Below, in pieces: positions 24,781 to 38,612 of a stretch of 64,000 nt of DNA (position 1 is its first letter; each line of letters starts with the position of its first letter). Position numbers and translations under genes: made by a program. The notes under the pieces were generated by a model, which searched no databases, was not told the DNA's origin, and was given only the letters and a program-made list of their open reading frames with translations. This stretch comes from Lama guanicoe (taxonomy: Eukaryota). The DNA is taken from assembly GCA_013239625.1 (NCBI GenBank), contig MU054001.1, positions 6,869,078 through 6,933,077 on the forward strand, given 5' to 3'.

Positions 24781-26599
24781 CTCATTGTCTCATGGTTAGA
24801 TGACTGCTGTACCTTTAGGACCTCATGTTCTTGCTCCATTCCACAAGAAAATTGTGAAAAGCAAAGGACAAATACATTTTTTCTTGACATGAGTCACTTC
24901 ATTTTTATCAGGAACTCAGACCCTTTCCAAAAATCCACAAAGCAGACTTTGGTTTATGTATTATTGGTCAGAAATAACACCACACGACCCACTCCTAGTC
25001 AGAAGGTGGCTAGAAAGGGGGAATTTGGATGAAGTTTGCATCAGCCAACTATCAGTGTCTGCCATGGTAACCATTTCAAAAACCCCACAGAGTTAAAGAC
25101 CTCTTTCTTAACACCTGCACCAGCCAAGTGGCCTTTTGGGGAGGCTTCCAGAAAAAGGACCTAGTCAGATGAAACTTTCAGAAACCTCAGGGCCAGGACT
25201 GCAGGGCCTGGGTTCCCTATTCATCCCCTACACCATTCTCCTCCAGAGAAAACTAAGGTTTTATCTTCCTCTGCTACTTCTATTCCTCTATTTCATTGCA
25301 TTAGAAACTTCAGAGTCTTCCTGGACATGTCCATGACCACCCCTCTTCCCTAGAAAGATAACTCCTCAAGTTTTGCTATACTATGGCCTTTGTACTTTTA
25401 AAATCCTGCTCCTCTCCTTCTTTATTGTCCATCTTCTCCCTGCGCCCCAGGTCTGTTACCGGAGGCATTTTCCTGGCCCAATCATCCTCAACTCCAAACC
25501 TAATCCTGTTACTCCCCAAATTAAAACCCTTACTGCTCCACTGCTCTCAGTATGAAGCCCAAACAACTTCTCATGGGAGCAAAGGCTCTGCATAGATGAA
25601 AATGGCCCACGTCTCCAGCCTCTCTTCCCTGCACTTGGTCTACTCACAACATCAAACTACTGACCCTTCTGCCTTTGTTTACACTGTCCCATCTGCCTGG
25701 GAATTTCTCACTTTGGATTGGGCAACTCCTCCTGACATCCTTAGGGATTCGGTTTTAGGGATAACCCTTCTAGAAAGCTGCCTAGGACCACTAACTCCCT
25801 CAACAGTGGGCCAGATGACCTCCTAAGTAGCTATGTACAAATCTTTTCTCCTTTTGCAGGAGAAAAGGCCATATTAGGTTGACCTAGTAGAAAATTAAGT
25901 AATACAATGGGATATGGAATATGTTTGTCTCCTCTCTCTGCCATCCAGTTCCTTTTCCAGTTTCTTAATGAATTTACAAGCATAAATATATTTTCATAAT
26001 ACTTTTGAACAATTTTAACAAGGTATTGTGTACTTTGTTTTTTCAATTAACATTATTTTGGCGATCATTATATCACTTCATATAGAACTCTCATTCCTTT
26101 GAAGAGCTGCAATATTCCATTGTATACATACCTTAATTTGCGTAGTTTGTTGATGGACACTTGGCTGTTTCTGATTTTACGCTGACAAACAATTATGCAA
26201 AGTGCAATATCTTTGTACAAATGCATCTGAGCACAGCTGGAGAATATCTTTTCTTCAAATTCTTAAGGGTGGGATTACCAGATCAAAGATGAGGTGGATT
26301 TTAAATTTTGATGTAACACACTAAATAGTCAACCGACTCACTTTTCCCATCAATAATCCAACTCTCCTATATTCGAATGTTAGGCCGTCTACACCTCTAG
26401 ACTGCGTGTTTGAGGGTAGGCACCTCCTATTATTCACATTTGTCTGGCAGAATTGGTCTTCAGTATAACGAAGACCAATTCTTAACGAATTTTATACCTC
26501 TCAGCGTAGAGTCCAGGGCTGGTATATAGCAGACTCATCAGATATCTATTACAATTCCTCAATATTAAACTTGCTAACGTTTACTGAAGTTTATCAAAC

Positions 26600-27760
26600 G
26601 CCAGGATCTGCGCTAAGCGTGTTTCCTTCCACCTGCGCTTTCACTCTCACGTTCTCCCTCCTCCCGGGGAGGGGGCGTGCTCAGCACCACCACCCGCCCT
26701 ACCTGTGCATTCGTTGGTCGAGCCCGACGCCCGTTACCGCAGAGTCCCGCCCAAACCACGCCCCACGCCGTCCTCCCGGCCGAGAGGAGGCGTGGCCATT
26801 GACCCGCGGGACGACCCAGGCTGTCTCCCCTCGAGAGAATCGGGACGCGCTGGAGAACCGGAGCTGTGCAGGAGGGAGCGTGTTCCGCGGTCCCGCGGAG
26901 TCGGCGCACGCCGCGCCCCGCCCCCTCGGTACGCAGGCTCCGCGTGAGATCGCGCACGCGCGCACGCACCCGCCAGAGCCTCGGTCTGGCCTGCGGGGAC
27001 CCGGCGGGCGGAGGCCGGGCCGTTGAGGTACGAGGGGCGGAGTCCGAGCCGCAGTCACCGCCGCCGCCGCCTCTGCGTCTGCCGCCGCCGCCGCTGCCAG
27101 AGAGGAGTATGTCTGCAAGTCGAGCCAAGAAAGTGAAGATGGCCACCAAATCATGCCCCGAGTGTGACCAACAGGTGGGCGCCGGGGGCCCAGCACCCGC
27201 CCGCGGGCTGGCGGGGGGGTACTAGCGGGCGGGCGGCCGTTGCCGGCGGCCGTTGGCTGTGGAGAGGCCGCTTCTCCGGGGTCTCGGCGGCAGAGCGGGT
27301 GGGCGGGCCCCTGGGCTTGGTGGGCTCGGTGGCCACGGTGGGGGTCCGGAGCCGTCCGGGCGGAGCCGAGAGGTTACTAGGGAAACGCGCGGGGCGGCAG
27401 CTCGGCGGCTGCCCACCTGGCGGCGGTCAGAGGGCGAGTGTCCCGTCCTGTGGCCTGGCCGCGCGAGAAGGGGGCGTGGGCTTGTGGTGGTGGACGGGGC
27501 GCCGTGTCCGGACCCTCCCTGAGTCTCCGGGCCGGCTCCGGGTGACGGCGGCAGGATTGTGAGGGCAGCGGCCCGAGTGGACGAGCACGGCCCCGTCACC
27601 CGCTCCTGCCCGGAGGAGAATGCCCGATGTGCCCGACTCTTGAGTCCAGGCTCCTGGCTCCGAAAGCCCCCTCCTGCCACTCACGGTTGCTTTGTTCCCG
27701 TTTGGACCCCCCAAAACTGTCCCCACCGCGACCTGGGTGGATGCTTAAATGTGACAAAAG
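26600..27760. promoter_or_regulatory. CpG island promoter of C16orf87
   Basis: Sharp GC/CpG-rich block in an AT-rich background; several CCGCCC GC boxes; NRF1-like CGCGCACGCGCG at 26951-26962; (GCC)n tract in the 5' UTR at ~27058-27095. Confidence 0.92.
27109..27174 (+). CDS. C16orf87: C16orf87 (UPF0547) coding exon 1: [22 protein letters not shown]
   Basis: ATG at 27109 in a CpG island; 22 codons matching the recalled C16orf87 N-terminus, with the first CxxC; CAG|GTGGGC phase-0 donor at 27175. Confidence 0.96.
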
Positions 27761-28914
27761 GGGCCGCAGTGAAATGGTTTTAAGTTTCGGCAAAATCGGA
27801 TATTTTTTTTCTCTTAAATATGTTTATTGTATTTTTGGCGTAAATAATTGTGAATCCTTTCTCTACAATGTTTTAAGTGGAACATTATTGAATAACGCCC
27901 CCACTGAAGCCCTTTCTTTCTGGGCACTCCTCGCTTCCCCCCACCCTCAGCGGTATCCACTGGTAAAAATTTGGCATTTCTGCTTCCAGATCATTTAAAA
28001 AATATGTATGTGGTTTTATGAATTTTAAGTGAGTTCTTTTTACACAGAATTAGTGGTGACATACCTGTAATTAAAAAAAAATCTCATTTTACTGCTTCCT
28101 AGTAAAGCATGCCCCATTTTTTACTGAAATATTACAGGTTCCAGTAAACCTTAAAATCTAATGAGTTAAAACTCTGCCAGTTAAAAGCCTTCGTAAGGGC
28201 TCTTATTTGACGCAAACATGCAGATCTGGGTGTGTTTTTCTCTTTTCTACTGAGAGAATTTTTTTCAAAATGACTACCCTCTTCCTTTTTTTTCTCTTCC
28301 TTTCTTTTTTAAAATCAGGAGTAATTTGAAATGGCTGGAGGGCCCCTCCACCCCCGTTTTTTTAATAAGATGATTTTAGTGCAGTCTTTAAGGAGTAAGT
28401 TTAAGTTGATCAAATATTGTAACAGAAAATGTTATATTCAGTGTCTTTTATGGGCAATGATAGAAATGCTTATCAGAGAAAGACTGCAAGGAGAATTACG
28501 GTTTATTGTGTATGCAGTGTAAAAAAAGCCGTGTTTTCCAAAATAGTTACCATTAAACTAAATTTGTTAAATTCTGAAAAAATTGGATTTTTTGATTCAA
28601 GTCTCTTTGTGGAAGATTATTTCAATATTTAAATCATTTCCATTTGTTCCAATTAATTGTGCAGAAGTATAAGGTTTGCATAGTATGCATTACGCATTCC
28701 AGTTTCTGTAGGGCACCAGTTATTGCAAATCCTGACCTTGTTGTACTTGGCATAAAGTAACCTTTTGGGAAAAATCACTTGTTTTTAATATCCTGGTTAA
28801 GAAAAGAGGAGAGGATAATAAACTTGTAGTAGTTCCTGTAACTGTTCAACAAAAGGTGATCAGTGTTTTATTTGGAAAGATCACTTTAATTTTGTTGTTA
28901 CACGCACAACACCC

Positions 28915-29191
28915 CCTCCAGCAGCCACAACAAAATTCCAGAGATTGGGTGGCTCAAACAACAGAAATTTATTTTGTCACAGTTCTGGAGGCTAAATGTC
29001 CCAAGATCGTGACAGAAAAGAGAGCTTTCACGTGTCTCCTTATAAGGACGCTAATCACATCATGAAGGCCCCACCCTCATGATCTCATCTAAACCTAATT
29101 TTCTCATCTCCAAATACCATCACATTGGGGGTTAGGGCTTCAGCATATGAATTTATTTGGAAATGGGGTGGATACAGTTCAGTCCACAGCA
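28915..29191. mobile_element. MLT1A-like MaLR LTR fragment
   Basis: ACAACAGAAATTTATT..CACAGTTCTGGAGGCT..CCAAATACCATCACATTGGGGGTTAGGGCTTCA. Confidence 0.75.
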
Positions 29192-32122
29192 AACTACAAC
29201 ATAATTTTGAATGTTGGTTGTTTTGTCTTTTATTCTAAGTACTTAAGAGAATGTAATATGTAGAGACTTCAAATTTTTGGTGATTCTTGAAAGTGATTTA
29301 TCTTTAAAAGTAACTGAATTGAAGAAAATAATAGATTAACTTAGCTATCTAAGTATTTGAAGTTCCAAATTTATTTTGAGAAAAAAAAATTATAATCCAG
29401 AAAGCCTTTTAAACAGCATTAGAATGCTGCTGATATTCTAAGTTGCTTGATGAATATTAAATTAGAATTCAGATATAGTCTGTAAACATAAATGTAAAAA
29501 TTTTTAAGTTTTAGGAGACTATCCAGTTGAATAGATTTATATATGTCCTGTGTGTGTGTTTAAGTTTAAAAACAGGTACAGAGATAAGCAAACAAGGAAG
29601 ACCTAGATTTTCAGTTGCTTTATTACATCCCTTTTACATGCCTTTATTGAAAATACAGTTCTGAAACATCTAAACCACGATGCTTTTCGTTTTCAAGGGG
29701 TTTCACATCCACTAACTCAAATTACTGAGACATTTTGAGTGTAGTAGTAGTCTAGATTTCTGTTAGTTTTCTGATATCTTTTGTGTATATTTCTGTTTTT
29801 GCCTTATTTTTTTTTAAATTATATCACCTCTTTCCCCATTATTTATAGGAAATTTCATGTGACAAACAGCAAGTATGTCTGCTGTAGGTAATTTTGATTC
29901 TCTTAGCAACCAAGTATAAATGGATTCTCTCTAATGTGGTTATTTTTGGGCTTTTTAAAATCAGTGAAACAATACAGGACTAGGATTTCATTTTCTACAG
30001 TTTTTTTTAAACCTGTTTTACTTGCAGAACATATAAACGATTTAAATACCTGATTTTCAAGTTGATGCACAGTAAGCCATAAGCAAAGAAAACCTTGAAT
30101 TTTTTTCTTCCATTTTAAAATCCTGAAAGTATAGCATTAGAACTTTCATTACTATTATCTTTGGCATTACAACTGAAATTTGAAGGAAGTTTAGGATGTT
30201 TAAAATCCAAATTATACTATAATTTAAAGAGATTAATATTGCCAAAGTTATCCACCCTATTCTTTACAGGATCTATATTGTGCTAGCTGAGTTTTTTTTT
30301 CCAAGTTGGTGTGGGAGGAAGGAACTTCCCATTTTAAAAAGGACTTGAGGAAAAAAAAAAAGGACTTGAGGGTGAATTAGCTCAGGCACATGAATGTTTC
30401 TTGAACATAAGGCACTTTCATTAAGGATATAAATCAACCTGTCAATTGAATTAGTCATCCCGAAGCCAAATGTACATTTGTCATCTAACTGTAGCATTCT
30501 GTTAATTCTGGATATAGGTTGATACAATTTTTTTGTGTGTATAAGATAGAGACTTACATTTAAATGTATTGAACTTTAGTAGCTGAAAGAGCATGCGTGT
30601 TGAGTAGCAGAGGATCTGTTGAATAAGAACATCATGTTTCTGTGTTTTTTGGATAGCATTAACTTAAAGCAATTTATATTACTTAGGATGCCCTTTATGA
30701 TGTGTTTAAGTGTAAAGGAAATGAGTCAGTACCTTTGAGCTTGGTTTCTGTGAAGATGTGAAATTTTTAAAATGGCAAACCATACCTATTTGGGGCAGAT
30801 TTTAAAATATTAAAAAATGTTACAGTACATTTTCTGTCATCATTTGAAAGAATCTCATTACATTCTTGATAAAGCAAACTGTTAGGCATACCTGAAGTTG
30901 GATTATTTTTACAGGATTCATTGTTATTTTTCATAAATACAAACTAGAATCCTTTGTTCATTATTTTTGTGCAAAGAAAAAGAATTCTGCCAAAATTCTA
31001 ATTTAGCATATTTAAATAAAATATGTTCTTGAATAGGAAGCATTCTGTACATAAATGGATGAAAATCTTCATAATTGTAATTAAACTTTTACATAAGCAG
31101 AACAATGGGCAAATGGAATTTATCTTACAGAGGGAATTGCAATTTTCTGACTATAATTTTTTGTGAGTACTTTTTGTTGAGATAAATTTCTCAGTTTTGG
31201 TAAATATGTCTTGAGTCCTAGGATCATTAAGGTTAATATTAATGAAATGATTTTGGAGGGAAATCTAAAACTTTTCTCAATGATTTTCAATAGCATTTGG
31301 CTTTTAAAACTTTATATGCTTGAAATGGAGAAAGGAGTTACTTATTAAAGTATTTTACATATTTAGAAATAGAAGCCTGAAGAGCTTAAGTGTTTTAGCC
31401 AACATCCTTCCTGGAGCTGAGACTGTAAGATCCTAGATCTCAACTCCTACTTTTTCCTACATTCTCTTTTGTTTATACTGTACTTTTGCCCCTCAAGCTG
31501 GTTGCTGTGAACTCTTATTTTTTTTTGCTTTCTTTTTTATTGAAATAGAGTCAGTTCACAATGTTGTGTCAATTTCTGGTGTACAGCATAATGATAAACT
31601 TTTTTTTTGTCAGTGATATTTGGCATCTTACCCTCTCATGTTGGAGCCTGGGTCCTTTTCAGTTCTTTCCCCTTTTGATGTGTCTGGTAAATCTACCTTA
31701 TCTCCATTTCTGTTCCCACTGTTCCAGTTGGGCCCTCATACTCTTATGCTAGGATTGCTTTAATGACTTCCCAATAATGTTCCCTTTTCTAGTTTGTTTT
31801 ATATAAACTATCAAACTAATATTTTAGGAAATGCTACCTATTTTCCCTGACTCTGACCCTATTACAGTTTTCTATCATTCACTCACATCAGCACATTTAT
31901 CATGTGTTTACTATATTCATGGTATTGTGATGAATTGGTAGAATGTAGAGATGATACATGATACCAATTTCAAATAATGTGTTGTAAGGAGGTGGGGTTT
32001 AAATAAATCCATGATTCTTCAAGTAATTTATTTTTCAGTTCTGGAGACTATGTGAACACTGAGAAATTTAACAACAGAAAAATAGTAATAATATATTGTT
32101 TCTTTTCTTTTTTTTCCTACAG

Positions 32123-32219
32123 GTTCCTGTTGCATGTAAATCATGTCCCTGTGGTTACATATTTATTAGCAGAAAACTTTTAAATGCGAAACACCCAGAA
32201 AAATCACCATCTTCTATAG
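32123..32219 (+). CDS. C16orf87: C16orf87 exon 2: [32 protein letters not shown]
   Basis: Polypyrimidine tract + TACAG acceptor; 97 nt; G|GTAATT phase-1 donor; completes the Cys-rich zinc ribbon. Confidence 0.96.
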
Positions 32220-35200
32220 GTAATTGTGAGAGTTTACCACATTTTTAGCTTTTTGATGTAGAAATTTTAAACTTGTGAATTTACTATGCACATTTTTGTT
32301 GAAGTTAAAAATTAAAATCTATTAAAGTATGTGTTTGGTTTTTATTAGCTATTGGAAATCAGCTTATGACATTAGTATGCTGTCCATTCCATTTAAATAT
32401 TAACTCCTTTCTACTGCTGGTAAAGCTTATAAGAAATTTTCTATTTTTTTATTTTTGGGGGATGGAGAGCCATTGAAGGTTTTTAAGGGAGTGACCTAAT
32501 CTGATTTTTAAAAATTACAAAAAGAAATTTAATAAGGTTATAATTGATGTCCAATAAATTGCACATTTTTAAAGTGTATGTTTGCTAAGTTTTATCATGT
32601 TTACACCAAAAAACCACCACAATCAAGGTAATGAACATGTCCATCATTCCCGTAAGTTTTCTGGTTCCCCCTCGTAGTCTTTCTTTCTTGTTCTCTCTCT
32701 CCCCAGATATCCGCTGATCTGCTTTCTGTTGCTCTTCTAGAGCTTAACATTTTATAAATGGAATCATACAGTATGTACTTCTTTGCCTGGCTTCTTTCAC
32801 TGAGGATAATTTAAGATTCAGCTACATTGTTGTGTATATCAATAAGAATTCATTCCTTTTTATTGCTTTGTATTCTTTGTATGGATATGCCATGATTTGT
32901 TTATCTGTTCACTGGTTGGTGGACATTTGGGTTTTTTTCCCCTCATGGTGCTGGTATAATTTGTAACAACTTAAATTTTTTTTTCTTAACCAGTGACTAA
33001 AAAAAATAACCTGATTTTGTTATGAATATAATTTTTGAACATATTGGTTATTTTTTGTGACTGCCTGATATGGAATACCTAAAAAATAATTCTGTTTGAA
33101 TTTTATTTTCCAATTAATGTAGACAAATTGGATTTATTCAATGAATATATTTATAAAAAGATGAGGTTTTGTTATTCGTTGATGAAATCTGAGCTTAATA
33201 CACTCTTGATCCCCAAATAAGAGTAGATTGATTACAAATACATGTATTGAGCGCCTACTATATTCTAGCCACTGTTTTAAGCCTTGGGCCTAAGGTAATG
33301 AATGAATCTACTATCAAGGTAGTTTTACTGCTGTCATGGATCTTATATTCTTACGGGCAAGAAATAAACAATGAACAAGTAAGCAGGGAGGATATCAACT
33401 TGTGATGAATGCCTTGTAAGAAATTAAAATAGAGTGCTGCAGTGTGTGACTAGAAGGCTACTTTTGATTGAGTGGTTGGAGGCTTCTGTGAGAGGTGACA
33501 TTTAAGTTGAGGCTGAATAGGAACAACGGGCTAGCCATGACAGGATGAGGAAGAAGAACATTCTTGACAGATGAAAGAGCAAATGCAAAAATTCTAAGAC
33601 TGGAAAAAGTTTGGTGTATTTTAGGAACAAAAAGGCCAGTGTGGTTGCAGTGTAGACCATAAAAGCAGGAGGATGTTTGAGATGAGGCCAGAGGGATAAG
33701 CAGGGGCCACATTATTTAGGGCTTTGTAAACAAGAGTAAGATTTTGGATTTTGTTCTTACAATATGAGGAGAAACTATTCCTAGAATGTGGGATGAGGTG
33801 AGGGGAAGGTGGCATGCTCTGATTTGCCTTTTAGAAAGACCATTCTGGCTGCTGTCTAGAGAATAGTTTGTGGAGTTACAGGGTGAAAGTGAGCTATTGC
33901 AGCATGTTAACTGAGTGAAGATGCCGAGTTAGAGAGTGGTTATAGTAGGAGATGACTCATGAATTATATTTATGTGCATGAGAGGTCTATAGAGAGGTAG
34001 GAGGAAAGTTGTTTAATTCCATTTCTTCCTCTGAGTTTGCTCTCTTTTAACATGAGAATGGACTTATTAATTCATTATTTCTTAAAGAATGTTGCTGGAT
34101 CGTCTATATAGGAGTCATCCAGAGAGCTTGTTAAAAATGGATTCCTGATTCTTATTCCCTAAAAGTTTGATTTACGTATGGGAGCCCTGGAATGATTCAT
34201 TCACTAAATTTCCTGGGGTGGCATGTCAACTCAGTTCTGAGTCTCCAAAATGAGTAAGACATGGTCCATGCTGTTAGTGGGACAAGTGTGTTTATTTTTT
34301 TAATTCAAATATTTTTGAGCCCCTTCTATATACCAATGATTCAGGTGAGAAATGAGGTAAGGAAGAAACCCAGCAGGAAAGAGAAAAGGGATGAATGCTA
34401 CATGTGTTAAAGAGTCAGAATTACTTGAACCAGAGGGAAGAATTTAAAATGACTCCCAAGTTTCTGACTTGAATTACTAAAAGAAATTAGGTTTGGATAT
34501 AGTTTTAAAATATCATCCATGTTGAAGTTCAAAGAATATAGCCTCAGCTAGTGGATATAAAGGTTTTGAGCCATCAGTGAATAGATGGTTGTTGACATCA
34601 TGGAAATGGATGAGCTAGGGCTACAGAGTCTGTAAGGTATGAAAAGGAAGGAGTTCAGGGACTGAGCTCTGGCAAACCTCAATCTTAAGGGGTGGAAGTG
34701 GGTAGGGAGGTTATGTCAACTGAGAAGAAATGTGAGCTGTAGGAGAACAATCAATAGCCAGTATTGTTACATATCTGGGAGATGAGTGCAAAGCAATTCA
34801 TTATTATTTAATGTTTGGAGTTTCCTAAGGTTCTGCTGTTTTAGTAAGAGTAGCCTTGTGACCTTAAAGTGAATGAATATGAAACATTGATGCCTAGAAA
34901 TCCTGGGGAGCAGGAAAAAGAACCAGCAAAATAAATGGAAAGAATAGAAAGGACAGAGAAACATCAGGGATAGACTGTGCCATGGAACCAATGGAGGAAA
35001 GGGTTTTAAGAAAGGTTAAAGAGTTTTCAAAGCCTGGAAAGCAGTGTGGTATATAGTACAGACATGGGAGCTGGAAGATCGGGCTCCAAATTCAGATTCC
35101 AGTTTGATCATTCTCTAACAAGTTTATTAACTGCCATCAGCAGCTGCTGTTTACTTGTGTATATAAAACAGATACATAGTACCAATCTTAGAGGATTGAA

Positions 35201-38200
35201 GTTTAGATGAAGTGCATATGAAAATGTCTAGCATAAAGCTTGGTATGTTAAAGGTACTCAGTAAATACTCATTTTTACAATTATATTTCTTAAAAGTAAG
35301 GTTTTCCTTGGGTAGTCTATAGAATGTAGGGAATTGAGAAGAGTGTAATTTTAAAAATTTCCACAGTTTATCAAGTATTTCAATGTTGTCAGTGGGATCT
35401 AGAACATTTCAGTTTTAATTAGCAGAGGATTTATAGAAGAAATGAAAATGGGTAACATATCTGAAAAGATAATCAACTTCACTAATCTGGGAAATGCAGT
35501 TGAAATAAAGTACTATTCTTTTGTGCACATTCTGACAAAAGATGTAAAGGATTTCTAAGTGCTTTTTATAATTATGGTAAAATGAGTACTTTCATACTAG
35601 TGGTGAGAGTATAAATTGGCGTAGCCTTTTTAGAGAGCAGTCTGACAGTAGTTGTCAAAAGGTTTAAATGCACTTAACCTAGAAACTAGACATCTTTGTC
35701 AGTAGGTGTGTAGCCCAGAGATACAATTGTTTATAAAAGACAATGAAATATTTACTGGGATTTTCAGGCAACACCAATAGCAAAAAGTTGTTAAGCCAAA
35801 TGTCAGTAGGGGAATGGTTAATTAAGTATGGTAATCTATTAGGGAACACCAATATTTGCTAATTAGAAAGAATGGTACAGATTTTTAAGTACTGACATGG
35901 AAAAAAACCTCTAAAACATTGTTAATTTAGGGAAGAAAGTATAAAACAATACTTATATGAATTCATTTTTTACAAAAAATTTTTTTCTTGTGATAAGAAC
36001 TTTTAAGATTTACTCTTAGCAATTTTCAAATATACAATACAATATTAACTATAGTCACCATGCTGTGCATTATATATGCATGACTTATTTATTTTATAAC
36101 TGGAGTTGTACCTTTTGGATCTCCTTCGCCCATTTCACCCACCTCCCAGTTCCCGCATCTGGTCTGCCATTTTGTTTTTTGTATCTATGAGCTCCTGGTG
36201 GGGTTTTTTTTCTGCGCATAAGTGAGATCATATGATATTTGTCTCTCTCTGACTTATTTCACTAGCACACTGACTTATTTCACAGTGCCTTTGAGGTCCA
36301 TTCATGTTATCACAAATGGCAAAATTTCATCTTTTTAATTGCTGAGTAATACTCTACATTTTGTTTATCCATTCATCCATTGATGGACACTTAACATTGT
36401 TTCCGTATCTTGACTGTTGTGAATAATACTTCAGTGAACATGTGGGTGCATATATCTTTTTGAGTCAGTGTTTTTCATTTTCTTTGTATAAATACCCAGA
36501 AGTGGAGTTGCTGGATCATGTTGTAGTTCTATTTTTCATTTGTTTTTAAGACTCCACGAAATGATTTCTAAGTGCAGTGTTAATCAGTAAATGCGTAAGT
36601 GGGTAGATCACTAGTTAACTAGGAGGAATCATGGAGACTTTTATTTGCATAATTAAACATTTAAAACAAAAAAGAGAAACATCTTTAAAGCTCAGATTGC
36701 ACTTAAAAGTAAAATCAAAGCTGTAACAGATCATTTTAAATTTCAGTGGGTTGAAACTTTTTAATTATTGTAACTTTGTGACCTGTATGAGGAAAATAAT
36801 CTGTTAAATAGATTTATCTAGGTTTGAATTGTTGAAAACTCACATTTTTCAAATATACTAATTGTCTACATTTTCATAACATACATGGAAATCGGGAGGT
36901 GGGACATTAGAATAACATAAAACTTTGTCTAGCTGAAAATATATATAAATAAACAAAATCTGTTTTGGAAATTAAGATATTTTTCTAAGTTTAAAATTAA
37001 TTTTGTGAGAGGAAAAGATCTGTGTTACAAACAGAGCTGTATTAGATGCCCAGTGTTTTGTATGAGTGTATAGAACCTCTTTAATTATTCTTTGATACCT
37101 TTTCAAATGAGTTAGGTATGTGTTGTTTCTTTTATCCTTTTGGGGGGCCAATATTAAATGGAGATAAATTTTTAAAAATTGACTGTCTTTTCCATGTAGG
37201 ATTTCATTTTTAGATTGAATAGTTGAGAGAGTTTAAAGAGTAACCTTGAGATTAAATCTTAAATTGTCAATTTGAAGAAATTTCTTTAAAAAATAGATTA
37301 AAGGAAATGTATTTCTTAAAATTGAGAGTATCTGTACTGTGGACTAAACTTTGAGCACTATAGTAGTAATCTATTCTAATGTTTGATTGGTTTGTAACTA
37401 GTAGTTATCTAGTCAAATATTTGGTCAATCATCAGATACTGACAGAAGCAATTTTTGGTGAGAATAAACTTGTTTGTCACAAATCTCTAAATTTGGTTTT
37501 CCAAATGGGTATTCTGGGTAGTTAATGACATCAGTGGTACTATTTTACATTTAATAACCATGGATATACCTTTTCCCTTGTTTTAACTATAAAAACTATA
37601 AAGAAGACGTAAACTGAAATTCTAAATGAGGTAGTAGTTTATAAAAGACTTCTAAAGGTAAGAAAAAGATTTAAAACAGTAAGAAATTGGAATAGGTTAT
37701 TAGTATTTAACTGTATATTTCTTCGTGGGTATAAGGTTAGACAAATAGGTTAAGCTTAGTCAAATAAATATCAACCTCTCCATTTTTTATTGGGGAAGGA
37801 AAAAAGGGATAAAAATATTAAACCTAAAACATAATTTTCAAATTATTCTCTAAGATAAGTTAACAGGCAAAGGCTGATAAAAAAGCAAAGTAAATAAATG
37901 ATATACTCACTTTTATAGTTAAGGGAAAATGGAGAAATGATTATTACCAATACCTAATAGAAAGTGATGGAACATTAATTCAGTAGTAAGTGATCCTCAA
38001 CTCTGAATTACTTGACAGTGAAGGTTTGGTTCTGTATTTTGAGGAAACATTGTTTCTTATATGCTAATTACTTAAAACTGCTGTACAGTCATATATGGAA
38101 CATAGTTTTTATTTTGCCTTTTGATGAAAAAGTGCATACCTTTACCTCTGTGCTTTTAGGTGTTTAATCATATAGTTCATATAATATCTGTTTTGATCTT

Positions 38201-38514
38201 TAAGACATTTTTCATAGAATCCTCTGATTTCTTTTAATTAAGACTGATGGATTTTAGATCTGCTGCACAGCTGTCATACGAAAATTTCTTTCCATTGTAC
38301 TACAGGGATAATCCCACTTTTTCTTATATATCATTTTTTTTTAACCCGTGTTTTTATTTCTGAAACTCACTTGTTGAAAGTATTGCTCTTCCTTGAGTCA
38401 TCGTGGCAGCTGTTACTGAAAATCATTTGACCGTATAGTCAAGGATTTATTTCTGGGCTCTCTATTTTATTCTGTTCATTTGTGTCTCTGGTAAGGCAAG
38501 TACTGTGGTTTTTT

Positions 38515-38612
38515 TTAAAAAAATTTTTTTAATGGAAGTACTGGGAATTGAACTCAGGGCTTTGTGCATGCTAAGCACGTGCTCTACCACTGAGCTGTAC
38601 CCACTCCCACCC
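38515..38612 (-). mobile_element. tRNA-derived SINE (vic-1-like)
   Basis: Same head; flanking repeat AGTACTGTG. Confidence 0.85.

Noticed and set aside
26571..27998. Dense cluster of overlapping 60-180 aa ORFs on both strands
   Set aside because: Expected from stop-codon scarcity in a CpG island; only 27109-27174 is supported as coding.
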